DNA of 64,000 nucleotides from the human T2T-CHM13v2.0 reference genome, Homo sapiens. This document shows positions 1 through 13,762 of the stretch, in pieces. The translations under genes and the position numbers were made by a program. The first letter of the stretch is position 1, and every line of letters begins with the position of its first letter. The stretch is from NCBI RefSeq assembly GCF_009914755.1, contig NC_060937.1; one strand, 5' to 3'. A model generated the notes under the pieces. It did no database searches. It saw only the letters and a list, made by a program, of their open reading frames with translations, and had not been told where the DNA came from.

Positions 1-46
1 CCTGAGAAGCATGAGCTGCTTTCTGCCTTTAGTCTTGCCTAATTCT

Positions 47-413
<367 letters not shown>

Positions 414-1850
414 TGAAGAATAAGTGGTGGTTGCTGAGCTGCCCTCTGCATTAAAGCTCACCTTGGGCATTCTCTTCTTTCTTGTCTTCCTCAACTGAGA
501 AGGTGCTCAACTGATTCACGATTCTCAACCACAAGGGACAAGCACCTTTGAAGAAGCACGAGTGAGTGTTAGCAGTTCTCCTCAGCAACAGTGTGGGGCT
601 TTGTCATTACAAAACACTCAAATATCAATTAGGGTAAGTGGGAGGTGGGGTAGCAGGAGAGGCTAGAGTGAAGTCATCTATTCCAGGCATTTCCAGTTAG
701 TCTCTTTGGATCAATTCAGTGTTTCATGCTAGTTCTCAACCCATACACCTCTTAATCTACCTTAATTTCTGTTAGGCAAGAAAAGCAGAAGAGCTCTTAT
801 ACAACACTTGAAGAAATAGGCATTAATAGGCCCTGAGGGCACAGTCTATGGGATGGCTGCTTTGCTGTATCCCTCTGTGTCCTGAAAGCAGTGTGCACTC
901 TTTGATAGTAGAAGGATACTACATGGACAGGCAGAGAGATGTCAAGTCCTCACACACACTGAGACACCAGTTCACATTCTCAGAAGGGAAGATGTCCCAA
1001 AGTCCAAGCAATATGTCACTGAGTATACCAACCAGTTTCCTATATGAGACAAAAGCAAAATAAAAGACCTAGTCCTTATTCTGGAGAAACTTGTATTACA
1101 GTCAAATGACACAGCACTAGGCGAGGCTCACTTCCACACCCCTACTCAGGGCTCATTCAAAGACTCTGCCATCAGCCCTAAAAGCAGATAGTCTGGGCTT
1201 CAGAGCTGAGGAAGCATTCACATGGGGTTCAAAGCAATATTTTCTTCCTTGATATGATCTCTGCACGATTACTCTTGTTTTGTCTTTGGCATGTGAATTG
1301 AGAAAATGTAGTTCAATTGGAGCTTGGTGTAGATCTTTACGGTTTAGGAAAGGGCTCCATGCAATTAGATGGTGCAATTATTAGCATCCTGTATGCCTCC
1401 TGTAAAGCAGCAGCAGTGCCAACGGTCTTGATAATTGGATTGTTTTTATGAGCAGACACAGGCATTGGATAAAGGCCTTGGGAGCTCCTCCTGCTTGTCT
1501 GGAATCTGGAGGATGAACTGAGTTTGTGTAATCTAAAGGCCAAGTCCTGCCAGCCAAAGCTAGATTGGGGTTGGGGTGGTTCACATATGTGAAGGCTTTG
1601 AAATAAAGAGGATTTGATCTTGGGAGACAGATGCTGCTTGCCTTGACTAATTATCCATTTTGGAAGAGAACATAGCATCCTTAGTGCTGGAAGACTTTCC
1701 ACGTTGAGGGATTTCTCTTCCTGTGTCCCCAGGCACTTGTGGGTGCCACCCAGCCTCTGCAGCTGCAGCAGCACAAGCCCAGCAACCTACCTGGCTTAAT
1801 ACAAGGAGCCCAACACCGTCTTAAGCCAGAAATTCGTGTCACCGTCACAG

Positions 1851-1864
1851 GTCTCCATAGCAAC
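1851..1864 (+). promoter_or_regulatory. Candidate RFX X-box motif
   Basis: GTCTCCATAGCAAC fits the X-box pattern GTHNCCATRGYAAC and lies in non-repeat sequence; motif match only. Confidence 0.35.
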
Positions 1865-2399
1865 CTTTCATGCTAAAAGAAGGACATTTGTAAATATGCA
1901 TTTTGCAAGCCTTCTTTTCTGATTCAAAATATCAGCCTTTTGAGAACAACTCACTTTGTCAGCTATGTCTTGCTGCTGGAAGGCTGAGGAAATGGGGACT
2001 TCTCATTGGTCCCTCTCTCTTTCCTTGTGGCCCTTCATTTCTTGGCTTACTGGAATCAATCGGCAAATGCACACTGAGTTCCTCTGGTGGGCCCAGAGTC
2101 AGGCTAGGTGCTGCTGGGGACACAGAAGGGGCAAGACACAGTTGCTGCATGCAAATTGAAGCTCAGTCAGAGAGAACAACACAAGACAACAAGGTGCTAT
2201 CAACGCCATCCAGGAAGGGCTGAATGCTGGACAATCAGAGGGGACAGATGTGCTCCAGGAACCCTGCAAAGGGAGGGTGCACCTGGCTGGGCTGCCTACC
2301 TAGTTGAAGACCCTCCCAGGGACCTGAGCTCTGGGGCGTCTGACCAGTGGAACAAACTATCTTGGCTGTTTCTCTTAGCGGATCTTCATCAGGTAGGGC

Positions 2400-2496
2400 C
2401 TTACATCGCCCGTGGAGCTTTAAAATGCCCTTGCCCATTCCCAGAGATTTTGATGTGCTAAGTCTCTGGTGGGTCTTGGGTATCTGTATTTTTAAA
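2400..2496. mobile_element. MER5-like hAT-Charlie fragment, left half (right half resumes at about 10974-11030)
   Basis: cccagagattttgat...gggtatctgtatttttaaa resembles MER5; continues after the L1 as atctgtatttttaaagtttcttgggtgactgtga. Confidence 0.6.
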
Positions 2497-4369
2497 AAAT
2501 TTTTATAGTTTTAATTGACAAGTAATAATTATATATATTCACGGGGGTACAAAGTGATGTTTCAATACATATAAGGTAGAGTGATCAGATCAGGGTAATT
2601 AGCATATCCATCATCTCAAACATTTACCATTTCTTTGTGTTAGGAACATTTAATATCCTCCTTCTAGCTATCTGAAACTATGTATTATCGTTAATTATAG
2701 TCATCCTACTGTGGTACAGAACACTAGAATTTATTCTTCCTGTCTAGCCGTGACTTTGTATCCTTTAACAAATCACTCCCTTTGCCTCCCTCCCACTACT
2801 CTTCCCAGCCTCTCCTATCCGCTATTCTACTTTTTACCGCTATGAGATCAATTATTTTTAGCTTCTACACATGCGTGAGAACATCAGTGTTTAACTTTCT
2901 GTTCTGGGCTTATTTCACCTAACAAAATATCCTTCAGTTTCATCCACTTTGTCGTGAATGACAGGATTTCACTCCTTTTTTATGACCAAATATTATTCCA
3001 TGGTGCATATATGCCACATTTTCTTTATCCATTCATCTATTGTTGGACATCTAGGTTGATTCCATATCTTGGCTATAGTGAATAGTTCTGCAATAAACAT
3101 GGGGTGCAGATGTCTCTTTGATATACTGATTTCCTTCCCTTCTGATAAATCCCTGGTAGTGAGATTGCTGGATCATACGGTAGTTCTATTTGTAGGTTTT
3201 TGAGGAGCCTCCACACTGTTCTCCATGGTGGCTGTACTAGTTTACATTTCTTGCCCTTCTCTTTTCCCCACATCTTCACCAACATTTGTTATTTTTTGTC
3301 TTTTTGATAATAGTTATTCTAACTAGGATAAGATGAAATCTCATTATAGTTTTGATCTGCATTTCCTTGATGATTAGTGATGCTGAGTATTTGTTCATAT
3401 GTCTGTTGGTCATTGGTATGTTTTCTTTTGAGATATGTCTGTTCAGATCATGTGCCCATCAGATTGTTGTTGCTATTTTTTTGGTGGTTGAGAGGTTTGA
3501 GCTCCTTGTATATTCTGATATTAATCCCCTGTCACATGAACAGTTTGCAAATGTTTTCTTCCATTCTGTAGGTCATCTTTTCCTTCTGTTGATTATTTCC
3601 TTTGCTGTGTAGAAGCTTTTTTGTTTGATATAATCCCACTTGTTTATTTTTGCCTTAGTTGCCTATGCTTTTGCTTTTGAGGTCTTATTCATAAACTCTT
3701 TTTCCAGACCAAAGTCCTGAAGTGTTTCCCCTGTGTAGTCTAGTTAATGGTTTGTCAATTTTATTTTTTCAGAAAATCAACTTTTTGTTTCATTATCTTT
3801 TGTAATTTTTTTGTCTCAATTTTCTTTATTTCTTCTCTGATATTTATTATTTCTTTTCGTCTACTAATTTTTGGTTTTGTTTGTTCTTGCTTTTCTAGCT
3901 CCTGGAGCTTGTTTACTTGAAATCTTTCTAGTTTTTTGATGTAGGCGTTTATTACTATACGTTTGTCTGTTAATACCATTTATGTTGTGCCCATAGGTTT
4001 TGGTATGTTGTGTTTCTATTTTCATTCATTTCAAGGATCTAAAAAATTTTATCCTTTAAAATTTGTTTTAATTTTTAAATTGTTTTTCAATTTTTAACCA
4101 ACTTTATTAAAGTATAGTTTATATACATTAAAATTCACCAATTTGAATTGTATAATTCAATGACTTGTAACATAATTTTGACATTGTTTTCTTCAAACAA
4201 GATTTGTAAATTTCACAGAAAGGAAAAATTATATGATACAAAAGGCATTATATTTAAAATTATTGAATGTACTTTTGTGCATATATTTTTCACCTTACAC
4301 TGGAATATAAATGTTACATTTCCAAATAAAACTAAGAGTATTAATTCTCACATGCCAAAACTTTGAAAA

Positions 4370-6932
4370 ATTATTTTATTTTATTTTATATTTTTTCAAC
4401 TTTTATTTTAGATTCAGAAGGTACCTGTCCATGTTTGTATACTGGGTGATGCTGAGGTCTGGGGTACAAATGATCACATCACCCAGGTACTGAGCATAGT
4501 ACCTAATAGTTTTTCAACCCTTGCCACCTCCCTCCCTCCCTCCCGTTTCTAGTAGTCCCCAGTTTCTATGTCCATGAATACATAATGTTGAGCTCTCACT
4601 TGTAAATGAGAACGTATGATAGCCCGTGTTCTGTTCCTAGGTTAATTCACTTAGGATAATGACCTCAAGCTGCATCCATGCATCCAAATGACGTGATTTC
4701 ATCATTTTTTGTGGCTGTGTCATGGTGTATACGTACCATCTTATCTTTATCCGTTCCACCAATGATGGGTACCTACGTTGATTCCATATCTTTGCTTTTG
4801 TGAATAGTACCGTAATGAACATGCAAGTACATGTGTCTTTTTGGTAGAACAATCTGTTTTCCTTTGGATATCTACCCAGTAATGGTATTTCTGGATCAAA
4901 TGATAGCTCTGTTTTAAGTTCTTTGGGAAAACTTCAAATTGCTTTCCACGGTGGCTGAACTAATTTACATTCCCACCAACAGTGTATAAGCGTTCCGTGT
5001 TCTCCACAGCCTTGCCAACATCTGTTTTGTTTTGTTTTGTTTTGTTTTGTTTTTGACTCTTTAATAATGGCTTTCTAACTGGTGTGAGATCGTATCTTAT
5101 TGTGGCTTTGATTTGCATTTCTTTGATGATTAGTGATGTAGAGCATTTTTTTCATATGATTGTTGGCCCCTTGTATGTCTCCTTTTGAGAAATTCATGTC
5201 TTTTGCCCATTTTTTAATAGGATTATTTGGTTTCGGCTTGTTTAAGTAAGTTGCTTATGGATTCTGGATATTAGGCCTTTGTTAGATGCATAGTTTATGA
5301 ATATTTTCTCCCATTCTGTAGGTTGTTTGTTTACTCTGTTGACAATTTCTTTTGCTGTGCAGAAGCTCTTTAGTTTAATTAGGTCTCACTTGTCAATTTT
5401 AGTTTTCATTGCAATTGCTTTTGAGGATTTAGTTATAAATTTTCTCCCAATGTTCAGGATGGTGTTTTCTAGATCTTCTTCTAGGATTCTTATAGTTTGA
5501 GTTCTTACATTTAAATATTTAATACATCTTGAGATAATTTTTGTATATGGTAAAAGGTAGGAGTTCAGTTTATTTTTTTATTTTTTTATTTTTTTTGCAT
5601 ATGGCTAGCCAGCTATCCCAGCACCAGTTTTTGAACAGGGAGTCCTTTCCCCATTGCTTGTTTTGGTCAACTTTGTTGAAGACCAGATGGCTGTAGGTGT
5701 GTAGCTTTATTTCTGGATTCTCTATTCTGTTTTTTGGTCTATGTGTCTGTTTTTGTACCTGTACCTGCTGTTTTGGTTACTTTGGCCTTATAGTATCGTT
5801 TGAAGTTAGGTAATGTGATGCCTCTAGCTTTGTTCTTTTTGCTTAGGATTGCTTTGGCTATTTGGGTTCTTTTTTGGCTCCATATGAATTTTAGAATAGT
5901 TTTTTCTGGTTCTGTGAAAAAATGATGTTGGTAGTTTGATAGGAATGGCATTGAATTTATAGATTGCTTTGGGCAGTATGGTCATTTTACGGATAGTGAT
6001 TCTTCCAATCCATGAGTATGGAATATTTTTCCATTTGTTTGTGTCATCTCTGATTTCCTTGAGTAGTGTTTTGTAGTTTTCCTTGTAGAGATCTGTTACC
6101 TCCTTGGTTAGGTGTATTCTTTTTCTTGCTATTGTAAATGAGATTGCATTCTCGATTTGACTCTCAGCTTAAACATTATTGGTGTATAGAAATGCTACTG
6201 ATTTTTGTAGGTTGACTTTTGTATCTCGAAACTTTACTGAAGTTGTTCATCAGTTCCAGGAGCCTTTTGGTGGAGTCTTCAGGGCTTTCTAAGAATAGAA
6301 TTCCTGTCATCCATGAAGAGAGATAGTTTGACTTTTTCCATTCCTTTCTGAATGCCTTTTATTTCTTTCTTTTGCCTGATTGCTCTGGCTGGGACTTCCA
6401 GTACTATGTTGAATAGGCGTGGTGAGAATGGGTATCCTTGTCTTGTTCCAGTTCTCATTGGAAATGCTTCCGGTTTTTGCCCGTTCAGTATGATGTTGGC
6501 TGTGGGTTTGTCATATGTGGCTCTTGTTATTTTGAGTTATGTTCCTTAGATTTCTAGTTTCTTGAGGGTTTTTGTCATGAAGGGATGTTGGATTTTATCA
6601 AAAATGTTTTTGTGTCTATTGAGATGATCATATGGTTTCTGTTTTTAACTGTCTTATGTGGTGAATCACATTTATTGATATTTATTGATTTGCATTTGTT
6701 GAACCAACCTTCCATCCCAGGAATGAAGCCTACTTGATCTTTGTGAATTAACTTTTTGATGTGCTGTTGAATTTGGTTTGCTAGTATTTTGTTAAAAATT
6801 TTTGTGTCTATCTTCATCAGGGATTCAGGGATATTGGCCTGTAGTTTTCTTTTTTCATTTTGTCTTTGACAGGTTTTGATATCTGGTTGATGCTGGCTTC
6901 ACAGAATGAGTTAGGATGGAGTCTCTTCTCCG
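4370..6932 (-). mobile_element. Nested 5'-truncated older L1PA (L1PA15/16-like)
   Basis: L1PA-type 3' UTR tcaacttttattttagattcag...; RT remnant [31 protein letters not shown] (6575-6817) and [12 protein letters not shown] (5739-5951). Confidence 0.85.
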
Positions 6933-7205
6933 CTATAAAATTTTATTCCCAATTTTTTTCTTCACCCATTGGTTTTTCAGAAGCATTGATTTAATTTCTA
7001 TGTATTTATGTAGTTTTGAATGTTCCTCCTGTTATTGATAACTAATTCTATTTTATTGTAGTCAAATGAGATACTTGATATGATTTTGAGTTTTAAAAAC
7101 TTTTTGAGACTTATTTGTGTCCTAACATATAGTCATTCCTGGAGAATGTTCCTTGTGCTAATGAAAAGAATGTATTTTGCAGGTGTTGGGTGAAAAGTTC
7201 TGTAA

Positions 7206-7561
<356 letters not shown>

Positions 7562-9179
7562 AGTCTATATCTTTTAAATGGGGAATTTAACCCATTTTCA
7601 TTCAAGGTTATTATCAATAGATGAGTACTTAACTCTTTTAATCTTGTTGATTACTTTCTGGTTGTTTTATATATCCTTTGTTCCTTACTTCCTCTCTTAT
7701 TGTTTATTTTTGCAGTTGGGTGGTTTACTGCAGTGATAAGATGTTTTGTTTCTCTTTCTCCTTTGTGTATCAGCTCTACCAGTGAGATTTATAGTTTCAC
7801 CTGTTTTCATAATGGTGGTTTATCATCTCTTCACCTTGAAATGTAAGACTCCCTCGAGTATTTCTTGTAAGGCCAGTCTAGTGGTGATGAATTTCCTTAG
7901 TTTTTGTTTGTCTGTGAAAGATTTCATTTCTCCTTCACTTCTGAAGGATAGTTTTGCTATCCTTCAGAATAGCATATAATATTCTTGGCTGGCACATAAT
8001 ATTATTGGCTGTCAGGGTCTTTTTTTTTTCTTTAAATACTTTGAATATATCATCCTATTATCTCCCAGCCTGTAAGATTTCTGCTGAGAAATCTGCTGTT
8101 AGTCTAATTGGGATCCCTTCATATGTGACTTGACACTTCTTTTTTGCTGCTTCTGAAATCCTTTTTTTTTTTTTGTCTTTGACTTTTGACAGGGCACACT
8201 ATATAATGTGCCTTGGAGAGAACCTATTTGTGTTGAATCTATTTGGAGTTCCATGAGCTTCCTGGAAATAGACATCCATCTCTCTCACAAGACTTGGAAC
8301 ATTTTCTGCTATTATTTTATTAAATATGTTTTCCTCACTTTTTTCCTTCTCTTCTCCTGGAACACCCACAATATGAATGTTTGTTCCCTTATTGGTATTC
8401 CATAAACCCTATAGGCTTTCTTTATTCTTTTTTATTATTTTTCTTCTTTCTTGTCTGCCTATGTTATTTCAAAAGACCTGTCTTCAAGTTCAGGAATTCT
8501 TGCTTCTGCTTGGTCTAGTATGTTATTGACGATCTTGATGTATTTTTTTTATTACATTCGTTACATTCTTCAGCTGCATAATTTCTGTTTTTGTTCTTTT
8601 ATATGATATCTATTGTTTTGTTAAATTTTTCATTCAAATCATGAATTGTTTTTCTGATTTTGTTGAATTATTTATCTGTATTCTCTTGTATCTCATTAAG
8701 TTTCCTTAAGACTATTGTTTTGAATCCTATTTCTGGCATTTCATATGTTTCCTTATGATTGGGGTCTGTTACTGGAGAATTATTATTTTCCATTGGAGGT
8801 GACATGTTTCCTTGCTTTTTCATGATTGATATGTCCCTATGATAATTTCTATACATCTAGTGGAAAAGTTGTCTTTTCCAGTTTTACAGAGTAGGTTTCA
8901 TAGGGAAAGACTTAGTCATATGAATAGGTCTTCAGGTATCAGTGGGGTGCATTGACTTTGGTTCTAGGTCAATGCAGTAGTGTAGTCTTCATGTCATTTC
9001 TTCAGCTGTAAGCCACACTAGTGGCATTTGCAAGTTTCTCAGTGTCCTAGGCTGACAGAGTTTGTGGCTATGATGTACAGTTTTGCCAGGGGTGAGATCA
9101 TTAGCCCTGTTTCTGAGGTTGGGCGTGCATGTGTGCATATGGTATGTTGGCCAACTTGGGCTCTGGCTCACTGGGATTG

Positions 9180-10230
9180 GGGCCACAGGGCTGTTACTTT
9201 GACCAAGAGCATAGACAATAGTTGTTTGGCCAGCCTTGGGGTGTGCCTCACAGGAGGAGCCTGCAGAGCTGTTTTTCAGGCCTGGTATGCAGGTATATGG
9301 CTGCTCAGCTAGCCTGGAGTTGTGTTTTCTGGGGGTGACCCATGGGATTGTTTCTCAGGCCCAGGACACAACCACATGGCTGCTTGGCTGGCCTGGGGGT
9401 GTTTCTGTGGGGTTTGGCCCACGGGGCTATCTCATATGTCTTGGATGCAGGCACAGGGCTGCTCAGTCAGATGCCCACCAGATGCAGCCTGCTCCTTGGG
9501 CCCAGGGTGTATGCACACAGCTGCTTGAATGACCTGGAGGTATGTCTCCTGCGGGTGGCCCAAAAAATGTTTTTCAGGTTTGGGATATTGGCATATGGCT
9601 GTTCAATTGGCCTGGGGTAATGTCTGCAGGGCGTGGACACAGAGATTTTTCTTGGGCCTGTAACACAGCTGCATGGCTGTTCCTCTGGCTTGGGGGCATT
9701 TCTGCAGGGGAAGGATTGCCCTATGGGGCTGTTTCATAGGCTCAGGATGCAGGCGCAGGGCTGCTTAATTGGCCTGGGGCATGCCCGCCAGAGGTGGTCT
9801 GTAGGGCTGTTCCTTGGGCTCAGGAGTGAGAGCACAGCTGCTCAGCAAGTTAGAGGCCTGTCTGCCAGGGGCAGCCACAGGGTTGTTTCTCAGGTCTGGG
9901 ACATAGGTGCAAGGCTGCCTGGCTGGCTCAGGGGTGTGCTCACCAATGTTGGCCCATGGGGCTGTTTCTTAGGTCTGGAAATGGGCTCTTGGCTGGTTGG
10001 CTGGTCTGGGAGGGTGCCTGCCAGGGGCAGCTTGTGAGACTGTTTCTCAGGCCCTTATTATGGGCACAAGGCTGTTGGGCAGGCCATGGGTGTATCTGTG
10101 TGTGTGTTGGGGGGCGCGGGCAAGGGGACTCTGTGGGGCTGTTTCACAGGCCTTGAACATGGGCATGTAGCCACTCTGCTGACCCAGGGGCATATCAGCT
10201 GCTCGGAGGCTCAGGGGCTTCTTCTGCCTG
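9180..10230. repeat. Degenerate tandem array (about 78-bp period, about 12 units) in the L1 5' UTR
   Basis: Motif ggctgtttctcaggcc recurs near 9190, 9268, 9346, 9426, 9568, 9645, 9727, 9805, 9882, 9960, 10038 and 10137. Confidence 0.75.
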
Positions 10231-10960
10231 GAGGAGGGCATGCAGCGGTTTGGGCGGCTCAAGAGTGGGTTCACCCTGGATGGGACTGGCAGACTATTCC
10301 TCCAGTTGGAAGTGTGACGGCAGGGGTTGTTTTTCCTGCTGTGCAGACCAGAGTCACAGCTGATCCTGGGCCCATGGGCCCAAGCTATGCACAGCTGGGA
10401 TTGTAGTGTTCAGCCACCCACCTGGGCTTGGCATAAAGATGGAGCCCCAGGGCTAGACAGGTGCAGTATCTACTGGCCCCCAAAGCAGGTGCTCTCCAGT
10501 TGTGCCTCTGGTCTCAAGATGGTGCCGTGCTGCAGCAGCTTGGCTCATGGAGTGGGTGGGGCATGCACATCTTATGCTGCTCGCCTGGTTCAACACAGCT
10601 GCATGGATTCCCAGCAGCCCTTCAAACTGGACTCACGGCTTGTGATGACTATGGGATTCTCCTGTAACAAGGACTCTAGGTGTTTGCAGTGACAGTGAGG
10701 GCTGGTGGAGATCTTCTGCTTATCTTTTTACCTGTAACAGGAAGTCCCCCTGACTTCAAATGACCTGGGCAGGGGAGCCAGGGCTGTAGAGGCCAGGTGC
10801 CTGCAATGGGTCCTCCTGGACTTCCAACCACCACAGGTGCATCTTCACTCCCCTGATTCACTTCAGTGCTCTCCTGTATGACTCCAGTCAAGCCTTAGCT
10901 GTTTATTTGCTGCCTTGGTCCTTTCTTATTGGGAGGATGGATGCCAGGCGTCTCTAGTGA

Positions 10961-10969
10961 GCCATCTTG
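10961..10969 (-). promoter_or_regulatory. YY1-type site at the L1 5' end
   Basis: CAAGATGGC on the minus strand, at the canonical position of the L1 promoter YY1 site. Confidence 0.6.
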
Positions 10970-11037
10970 CTCCATCTGTATTTTTAAAGTTTCTTGGGTG
11001 ACTGTGACACTCAACCCTGCTTAAAAACAACACAGTA

Positions 11038-11347
<310 letters not shown>

Positions 11348-11359
11348 TCATTTTCTGGA

Positions 11360-11745
11360 ATACAACCTTAGCTGTATTAACAAAGAGAACTAAAATCACA
11401 GAGGCTCAAACAGATGAAATGTTATTTTTCTCTCATTAGGTGGGCAACCCAGGGCAGGCAGGTGACTCCAATCCTCGGGGTGGCTTGGGATGCAGGCTTT
11501 ATCTACATCACTGCCTCATCACCAGAGAAAGGCTCTTCTCTGATGGGGGTTAGAGTCCCCATCCTGTGTCTACTCTCCACCTGCCGGAAGAATGAGGAGA
11601 GAGGGGGTACCTAAAGAGGCACATCTCATCCTCAAAAAAATAAATCACACAGCCACACCTTGCTGCAAGGGAGGAAATCCAGTCTCTTAGTTTCCAGATG
11701 CCACGTAACCCTGTGGGAATTAGGAAGGAGACAGTGGATGCAAGG
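11360..11745. mobile_element. Old MaLR LTR relic (MLT1-like)
   Basis: Degenerate similarity (ttagctgtattaac...ggctcaaacagatgaaatgttatttttctctcat). Confidence 0.4.
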
Positions 11746-11781
11746 GACGTGGTCACATCTTCTATCAGGGGACTGCTTCGG

Positions 11782-11915
11782 CCAGTGGTTCTCAAATTTT
11801 CTGCACATTAAAATCATCTGGATAAGTTGGAAAAAATGAATACTCAGGACATACTCCATGCCAGCTAAATCAGAATCGCCAGGAGTGGGACCCAGGTGTG
11901 AGTACTTTTTAAATC
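11782..11915. mobile_element. MER5-like fragment
   Basis: cagtggttctcaaa...cacattaaaatcatctgg...aatcagaatc...tttttaaa. Confidence 0.65.
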
Positions 11916-12279
11916 ATGTCTACAAATAACACTTTCAAGACCCGGAGGCAACAGAGAAACATCTTCCCTAGGGGAGCATAAGGAAGGTTCTGGAAAGCTG
12001 GCACAGACCCAGAGGGCCAAGCTGACATCAGTCGTTTAGGGATGCAGGAATGCTGTGGTTGCCACTGCACAGCCAGCCACTCATCTCCGTATGGGTCACA
12101 GTGAGTCAGGGCGTCTGTCCATAACCACAGCATGGAACCCCATTCAGATAAATTACTTGCTGGTGCCTAAGGCGAGCAGCAGGCCCTGCACACGCTCCTG
12201 CAAGAGGCAATACTGGCAGTAACCTCACAAGTCACAAAGCTCTTTGGGATAATCCTGCTAGATGTTTAAGGCAGTGAGT

Positions 12280-12413
12280 CCTGAGCTCAGAGCCCAGCTG
12301 CCCAGCCACGTGGTTCACCTCTCTAGGCTTATTTTGTCATGGGTAAAATGGGGACGATAACAATACCCAAAATTTATATGGTGTTTACTGTATCCCAGTC
12401 ACTTTTCTAGGTG

Positions 12414-12463
<50 letters not shown>

Positions 12464-12659
12464 CATTAGTATATAGTACAAATATATATTATATATATAT
12501 TTATGTAATCATCACAACAATCTCGCAAGGTAGACGTGAGTACTACTTTTATTTTATAGACGAAGAAACTGAGCCACAGAGAGGTCAAGCAAATCATCCA
12601 AGGCCACACAGCAAATAAGTGGCCAAGGCTGGCTTTGAAGCCTGATCTAGCTCTAATGT
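12280..12659. mobile_element. MIR fragments with an internal (TA)n microsatellite (about 12415-12500)
   Basis: MIR core ttttatagacgaagaaactgagccacagagaggtcaagc...; gtaaaatgggga. Confidence 0.7.
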
Positions 12660-13078
12660 TCATATGGCTTGGACCTGTGTCCCCATCCAAATTCCATGTT
12701 CAATTGTAATCCCAAGTTTTGGAGGTGAGGCCTGGTGGGAGGTGACTGGATCATGGGTGGAGTTCTCATGAATGGAATGGTTTAGTACCATCTCCTTGGT
12801 ACTGTTCTTGCAATAGTGAGTGAGTTCTTGAGAGATCTGGTCATTTAAAAGTGTGTTGCACCTCCCTTCTCATTCTCTTGCTCCTGCTTTAGCCATGAGA
12901 TGTGCCTGAGTCTCCTTTGCCTTCCCCCATGATGGAAGCTTCCTGAGGTCTCTCCAGAAGCAGAGGCTGCTATGCTTCCTGTCCAGCCTGCAGAACTGTG
13001 AGCCAATTAAACCTCTTTTCTTATGCATTACCCAGTCTCAGGTAGTTCTTCATAGCAGTGTGAGAATGAACTAACACA
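12660..13078 (+). mobile_element. MST (MSTA/B-like) MaLR solo LTR
   Basis: atatggcttggacctgtgtcccc...aattgtaatccc...gagaatgaactaacaca. Confidence 0.9.
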
Positions 13079-13188
13079 ATGTCTATGCTCCTATCCAATG
13101 TCCAGTGCAGTTCAGTTCATAGCTTTGTCATGGGGATGAAATGAGGCAATGGGTTTCATAATAGTAGCTAGTCCAGAGTAGCTATTCA

Positions 13189-13762
<574 letters not shown>

